Shown piece by piece: positions 49,384 to 53,645 of a stretch of DNA of 53,645 bases. The DNA is taken from contig CALVVS010000003.1 in NCBI GenBank assembly GCA_944363925.1, forward strand, positions 1-53,645, given 5' to 3'. Source of the stretch: an uncultured Bacilli bacterium. GTDB lineage: Bacteria; Bacillota_I; Bacilli_A; RF39; UBA660. Position 1 is the stretch's first letter, and the number at the start of each line of letters is the position of its first letter. The notes under the pieces are model-generated. The model was not told where the DNA came from and ran no database searches. It was given only the letters and a program-made list of their open reading frames with translations. The translations under genes were made by a program, and so were the position numbers.

Positions 49384-50634
49384 TTAGTATTTTCCTTTTG
49401 TTTTTTTGCATATATTATTTCTTTCTATTATTAAATTTATTATTTCATTGATGCTTTCATCATCTTTGGTTTTGACTGTTTTATTTAATTTTTCTAATAT
49501 TGTTTTTTCACTTTCTTTTGTAAATTCAGATGATACGGGATCTGAAAATTTAAGGGCTTCAATTAAGTCTTGATTATTTATCTTTTTAGCTATGTTTAAT
49601 GCTTCTTCAATAAAGTTTTGAATATTATTTACTTTTTTATCGTATTCTTTTAGTCTATTTTTGACGAAATATAAAGGTAAGAATAAGATAAAATATATGA
49701 TAGTTGTAACGATAGTTATGGTTAAAAGATTATTTATATTTAAGTAAGCATACATGTTTATAGCAAATAGATAAATAATGGATAAGATATATAAGAAAGT
49801 TATATATACTGTTTTATCTTGATTTTTCTTTTTGTTTAGAATTAATATAATCAGCAAGGTTATAATTAGGGCCACTAATTCTATTATGATGGCAAGATAA
49901 AAATTATTATTGATATTTTCATCTATTATTTGATTTATGGTTATAACAGATGAAGGAATATATATTTCACTTGGCATTTTATCTAAATTCATAGAAATAG
50001 TGGTTACAGGAAGATTTTCAATGGTTTCTGGTATTATAATTTGTTTTTCACTACCTTTATAACCAGTTACTTCTATTTGATTATTTTTGATATTATAAGT
50101 GAAGTTATCGTTACTTTTAAGTTCGTTTAGTTCACTATCTGATATGTTTTGATAATTAAAATTGTTTTTTTCAGCATAGTTTTGAACATTTTGATTATTA
50201 TGTGAAGTTAGTTTGATAGAGCTATTATTGATTGATTTTATATTTTCATCTATTATTTGATTTATGGTTATAACAGATGAAGGAATATATATTTCGCTTG
50301 GCGCTTTATCTAAACTCATAGAAATAGTGGTTACAGGAAGATTTTCAATAGTTTCTGGTATTATAATTTGTTTTTCACTACCTTTATAACCAGTTACTTC
50401 TATTTGATTATTTTTGATATTATAAGTGAAGTTATCGTTACTTTTAAGTTCGTTTAGTTCACTATCTGATATGTTTTGATAATTAAAATCATTTTTTTCG
50501 GCATAGTTTTGAGCATTTTGATTATTATGTGAGGTTAGTTTAATGGAATTGTTATTAAACGGTTTATTTAGATATGTTAGAGTTAAGAAAATGGCACTTA
50601 TTAATATTATAATAACTGGAATGATTTTTTTCAT
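49384..50634 (-). CDS. Membrane protein: N-terminal anchor, two tandem BspA/LRR_5-cap-like extracellular units, three TM helices, cytoplasmic tail with FSDPVS and ERN..CK motifs
   Basis: AQNYAEKN.F.Y and FTY......EVTGYKG....IIIP.TI.NLPVT.I resemble the C-cap and N-cap of BspA-type LRR domains; hydrophobicity pattern. Confidence 0.7.
   Translation of the reverse strand: MKKIIPVIIILISAIFLTLTYLNKPFNNNSIKLTSHNNQNAQNYAEKNDFNYQNISDSELNELKSNDNFTYNIKNNQIEVTGYKGSEKQIIIPETIENLPVTTISMSLDKAPSEIYIPSSVITINQIIDENIKSINNSSIKLTSHNNQNVQNYAEKNNFNYQNISDSELNELKSNDNFTYNIKNNQIEVTGYKGSEKQIIIPETIENLPVTTISMNLDKMPSEIYIPSSVITINQIIDENINNNFYLAIIIELVALIITLLIILILNKKKNQDKTVYITFLYILSIIYLFAINMYAYLNINNLLTITIVTTIIYFILFLPLYFVKNRLKEYDKKVNNIQNFIEEALNIAKKINNQDLIEALKFSDPVSSEFTKESEKTILEKLNKTVKTKDDESINEIINLIIERNNICKKTKGKY
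49912..50556 (-). repeat. Intragenic tandem duplication with a 327-bp period (109 aa)
   Basis: Copies at 50556-50230 and 50229-49912; about 15 mismatches in 318 nt by manual comparison, giving 5 amino-acid differences. Confidence 0.95.
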
Positions 50635-50635
50635 A

Positions 50636-51784
50636 TTATTTTATTCTCCTTCCGCATTTAGGACAAAATATGTTATCAGGTTCTAATTTATGATGACAGT
50701 TTGGACAGGTTAAACTATTTTCTAATGAGGTTCCACATTTTTTACAAAAGCTATGATCTTTAGAGTTTGCAGTTCCACATTTTGGACATGTTTTAGTATT
50801 ATTATCAATATTAGCGATAACACCTTGAACATTATTTCCAACTTTATCGCCTAAAGTGGTCCCTATTCCGCTCATGATACCAAGTCCTACTCCAACGTTA
50901 GCAAATTCACCTACTCCTTCGTTAGCGGCCATTTTTTCTAAAGCATTATAAGATCTTTCTTCTTGATATGAGTAACCTTCTTGCGCACGCTTTTTGGCTT
51001 CGGCTTCAGAGGCGATGACTTTTTGTTTAGCTTTGGTTTCTTCATCTATGATATTTACTTTTTGTCTTATTTCAGCTTCAGCTACTGAGACGGTTTGTTT
51101 GAAGAATAGTTCTTTAAATTCTAAGTATTGTTTATCATCTTCTGGTTTTAATATGGTGGTTACAAAGAATTTATTTAGTTTAATACCATAGTCTGCAAAA
51201 TCTTTATTTAAAAGTTTTTGAAGGGTATCACTAAATTCATTTAAGTATTTATCAACTTCAAAGATACATATTTTATTTTCGGTTATGATGTTTGCCATAT
51301 AACTTTTAACTTTTGTTAATATACATGATGTGAAGAAGTTATCAATTGTTTCATTATCGATTGTTTTTTTGATGCCAACTAGTTTTATTAATAATTTTCT
51401 TGCGTCTTCGACAATGAAACGCATTTCACCGCAAGCTCCAATTTGAATTGGGAAATTATATTTAGGGTCTAGAAATTCAATTTTACTACTGGTCCCCCAT
51501 TTACTATTTTTTTCGGTTTTATCGATAAAATATACTTCACACTGAAAGGGACTTCTAAAACCGGTTGGAATATTTAAAAATGTTTTTAGAAGTGGAATAT
51601 TATTGGTGGTTAAGGTATATTTACCCGGTCCAAATAAATCTAAAGCTTTACCATTTGAGAAAAATAATGCTTCTTGTGATTCATGGACTATTAACTGTGA
51701 CATTGTGTTAAAATTTGTTTTAGGATATTTCCATACTAGATTATCATCAGCTTTTACTTTTTTTATTACTTCAAATATTGCCAT
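50636..51784 (-). CDS. SPFH/band-7 domain protein (YdjI / 'virion core protein' type) with a C-terminal double zinc ribbon
   Basis: SQLIVHESQEA.F, FGPG.YTL.T.NIP, SPF.CEVYF, KWGT; Gly-rich GVGLGIM segment; four CxxC pairs. Confidence 0.88.
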   Translation of the reverse strand: MAIFEVIKKVKADDNLVWKYPKTNFNTMSQLIVHESQEALFFSNGKALDLFGPGKYTLTTNNIPLLKTFLNIPTGFRSPFQCEVYFIDKTEKNSKWGTSSKIEFLDPKYNFPIQIGACGEMRFIVEDARKLLIKLVGIKKTIDNETIDNFFTSCILTKVKSYMANIITENKICIFEVDKYLNEFSDTLQKLLNKDFADYGIKLNKFFVTTILKPEDDKQYLEFKELFFKQTVSVAEAEIRQKVNIIDEETKAKQKVIASEAEAKKRAQEGYSYQEERSYNALEKMAANEGVGEFANVGVGLGIMSGIGTTLGDKVGNNVQGVIANIDNNTKTCPKCGTANSKDHSFCKKCGTSLENSLTCPNCHHKLEPDNIFCPKCGRRIK

Positions 51785-51793
51785 AATTTACCT

Positions 51794-53645
51794 CTACTTT
51801 CTTTTTGGAATATATTTTGAATATGTATATTCTCCATTTTGTGATTTATATCCAGAGTATACATAACCTGTTTTGTTTGGTATATATTCTATTTTATACC
51901 AAAGGCCATCTTTATCTGGACAGTTATCTATATTTTTACATGACACTATTTCTAGTACATTATAATAATTTCCTGAAAAGATATAATCTTGTTTTTGGCT
52001 ACTGCTATCTGGATTTCTTCTAACATTTATATAATCGGTTGTTACTAATATTTGATTTTCATTTGTGTTTTGCGCACCTATATTTTTCGGTTTCATGAAT
52101 ACGATGAATATTAAGGTGATTGATATTACTAGGGCAAGTATATAAGCAATTATTGGTGTTTTAGTATGTGGGTTATCTTCAAAATTTTTCTTTGTTTCTT
52201 TTTGTAATTGCTTAATTTCTTCAGCGTACTGTTTTTTGATAAGGGTTGTTTCGGCTTTTAATTGCCATTTAGAGTTCATTAATATTAGTATGATAGTGAA
52301 AATGTAAATACCTAGTATAGATGAGTTAAAAGTTAAGTTATATTCTTTATATATAAAGACTGAAAATAGTAAGAATATAAATAGATTTATAATATATAGA
52401 TATTTAGATATTCTTCGGCTTTTTCGGCTACTAAAACCTAGTATATAAGCTATAAAATATATTATAGATGTCGTGCCAAAGATTATCACGAGCTGGGCGG
52501 ATAATAGTTTTATATATAAAGTTGGATTGTTTGAAACAAAAACAGAATTACTAATTAATATAATATAGAAAGTGGCTACTAAAGCGGAAATTAAAAATGT
52601 GATTATACTATAACTTTTGGGACATTTTTCTTTGTATATTTTAACTTCTACGCCTCTTTCTTCTTCCTCTTGCTTTTTTCTTTTTAACTCTTCTTCTTGC
52701 TTTAACATTTCTTTGAATTTGCTGAATAATTCATCAGATAGTTCTTCATTTTTTGGTGCTTTTTTGATTATTTTAGTGATGCCTCTTATTAAGTCTTGAA
52801 TAGCCCCTATTTTATTTAGATCTTGCCCTTGAAGAAGAATAAATTCATCAGGTAAGTCAGCGGCTGTCATGCCATAAAAACAAGGAATTAAGGTTTTGTT
52901 TCTGTCTTTTTTCATGATGTCTAAGTAACGGCTCCACTCATTTTTAACCCAAACTGAGTTCATGTTTTTTTGAGATGTTCCAATTACCAGCATTACTTTT
53001 GAGGATTTTAGTGCTGAATAGATATATGGTTCATATTCTGAGCCTATTTTATCTTCTAGAGTAATTCTAGAGAAGAATACTTTATAGTTTAATTTAGTTA
53101 ATTCATTATATATTTCTTGGGCTATTACGGAATCTTTGGTTCGCCCACCATTTTTTTCATCGGTTTCTTTATAACAAATGAATATATCGTATGGGCTTTC
53201 TTTTTCGGATATTTCTAATATTTCTTTTTGAATTCTATTAATTTCTTTAGCTTCTTTTTCATAGAGTTCTAATGTTTTGCCATAAGCATTTTTTATGATA
53301 TGTTTATACTCTTGAGTTGTTAAAATTGATTCTTTATTAGCTTTATGACAAGTGGGAATTTTTTTATTTGTTTTAGGGTCATCGACATATTCGACGCCGT
53401 ATTTACAAAGTAAGATACCCCACTGCGCTTCTAACTGGGTGTTATCAAGATTTAGTATAGATTCATATAGGCCCTGCGCTTTATCAAATTCATTGGATTG
53501 TCTTAGTTCATTTGCTCTATTATAAAGATTGATTATTTTTTCATTATCAGAGTTTGGCAAGGTCATAGTACTTTTACAGTATAGACATTTACCGGTATTA
53601 GTGCCTTTAATTGGCTCAATATCGCCGCCACACATTTTACATTTA
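51794..53645 (-). CDS. Zn-ribbon / TPR / TIR / 5-TM / SH3b protein (5'-partial; frame open to the window edge)
   Basis: KCKMCGG..CLYC; TPR-like LYNRANELR..EFDKA..LYE; TIR motifs YDIFICYK, VFFSR, LVIG and WVKNEW; five hydrophobic helices; INVRRNP....WYKI....GYV SH3b-like C-terminus. Confidence 0.85.
   Translation of the reverse strand, partial: KCKMCGGDIEPIKGTNTGKCLYCKSTMTLPNSDNEKIINLYNRANELRQSNEFDKAQGLYESILNLDNTQLEAQWGILLCKYGVEYVDDPKTNKKIPTCHKANKESILTTQEYKHIIKNAYGKTLELYEKEAKEINRIQKEILEISEKESPYDIFICYKETDEKNGGRTKDSVIAQEIYNELTKLNYKVFFSRITLEDKIGSEYEPYIYSALKSSKVMLVIGTSQKNMNSVWVKNEWSRYLDIMKKDRNKTLIPCFYGMTAADLPDEFILLQGQDLNKIGAIQDLIRGITKIIKKAPKNEELSDELFSKFKEMLKQEEELKRKKQEEEERGVEVKIYKEKCPKSYSIITFLISALVATFYIILISNSVFVSNNPTLYIKLLSAQLVIIFGTTSIIYFIAYILGFSSRKSRRISKYLYIINLFIFLLFSVFIYKEYNLTFNSSILGIYIFTIILILMNSKWQLKAETTLIKKQYAEEIKQLQKETKKNFEDNPHTKTPIIAYILALVISITLIFIVFMKPKNIGAQNTNENQILVTTDYINVRRNPDSSSQKQDYIFSGNYYNVLEIVSCKNIDNCPDKDGLWYKIEYIPNKTGYVYSGYKSQNGEYTYSKYIPKRK

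Noticed and set aside
49912-50556. Near-identical repeat pair as a diversity-generating retroelement TR/VR
   Set aside because: The differences are mixed transitions rather than adenine-specific, both copies are in frame within one gene, and no reverse transcriptase is present in the window.
50636-51784. 'Virion core protein' similarity as evidence of a prophage
   Set aside because: That label is a legacy name for an SPFH subfamily; no phage structural or replication genes are nearby.
403-52799. Short ORF-track entries overlapping longer genes (e.g. 403-603, 933-1133, 6507-6764, 14844-15185, 35482-35724, 36052-36318, 51603-51866, 52617-52799)
   Set aside because: They are antisense or alternate-frame shadows of well-supported genes, with no RBS or recognisable motifs.
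1-53645. CRISPR array, rRNA, tRNA or IS elements
   Set aside because: No regularly spaced repeats, RNA-gene signatures or transposase ORFs were seen; intergenic regions are short and accounted for.

Overview
Very AT-rich chromosomal window from a Gram-positive-type bacterium using genetic code 11 (TGA used as stop), with sigma-A-type promoters and GGTGA/GGAG ribosome-binding sites. The gene content (spoIVB, spoIIM, mnmA, xerD, rarA, holA, peptidoglycan enzymes) suggests a reduced-genome Bacillota, possibly an RF39-like gut Bacilli lineage (inference only). Layout: (i) 0.2-6.7 kb: a secreted GH73 autolysin, a stand-alone LPD3/BECR-like gene followed by a convergent promoter-driven structured small-RNA candidate, and a kinase-less PASTA membrane protein; (ii) 6.8-29.5 kb: a large cell-surface polysaccharide locus (Wzx, Wzy/ligase-like, many GTs, Stealth phosphotransferase, PssD/E pair, two acyltransferases, SGNH protein, a polyprenyl-phosphate phosphoribosyltransferase and four GT-C-like membrane proteins, one frameshifted); (iii) 29.5-48.4 kb: sporulation and housekeeping genes, a dif-like Xer site near xerD, a two-component system and a MarR-regulated heterodimeric ABC exporter; (iv) 48.5-53.6 kb: a polysaccharide deacetylase and a tightly coupled operon of a Zn-ribbon/TPR/TIR/5TM/SH3b receptor-like protein (5' end cut off by the window edge), an SPFH/double-Zn-ribbon protein and a membrane protein with a recent 327-bp duplication of LRR-cap motifs. 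The two best candidates for undescribed systems are the TIR-SPFH-membrane operon and the LPD3-like gene with its convergent small RNA. No rRNA, tRNA, CRISPR array or transposase was recognised. All family calls come from motif recognition by eye, not from database searches.
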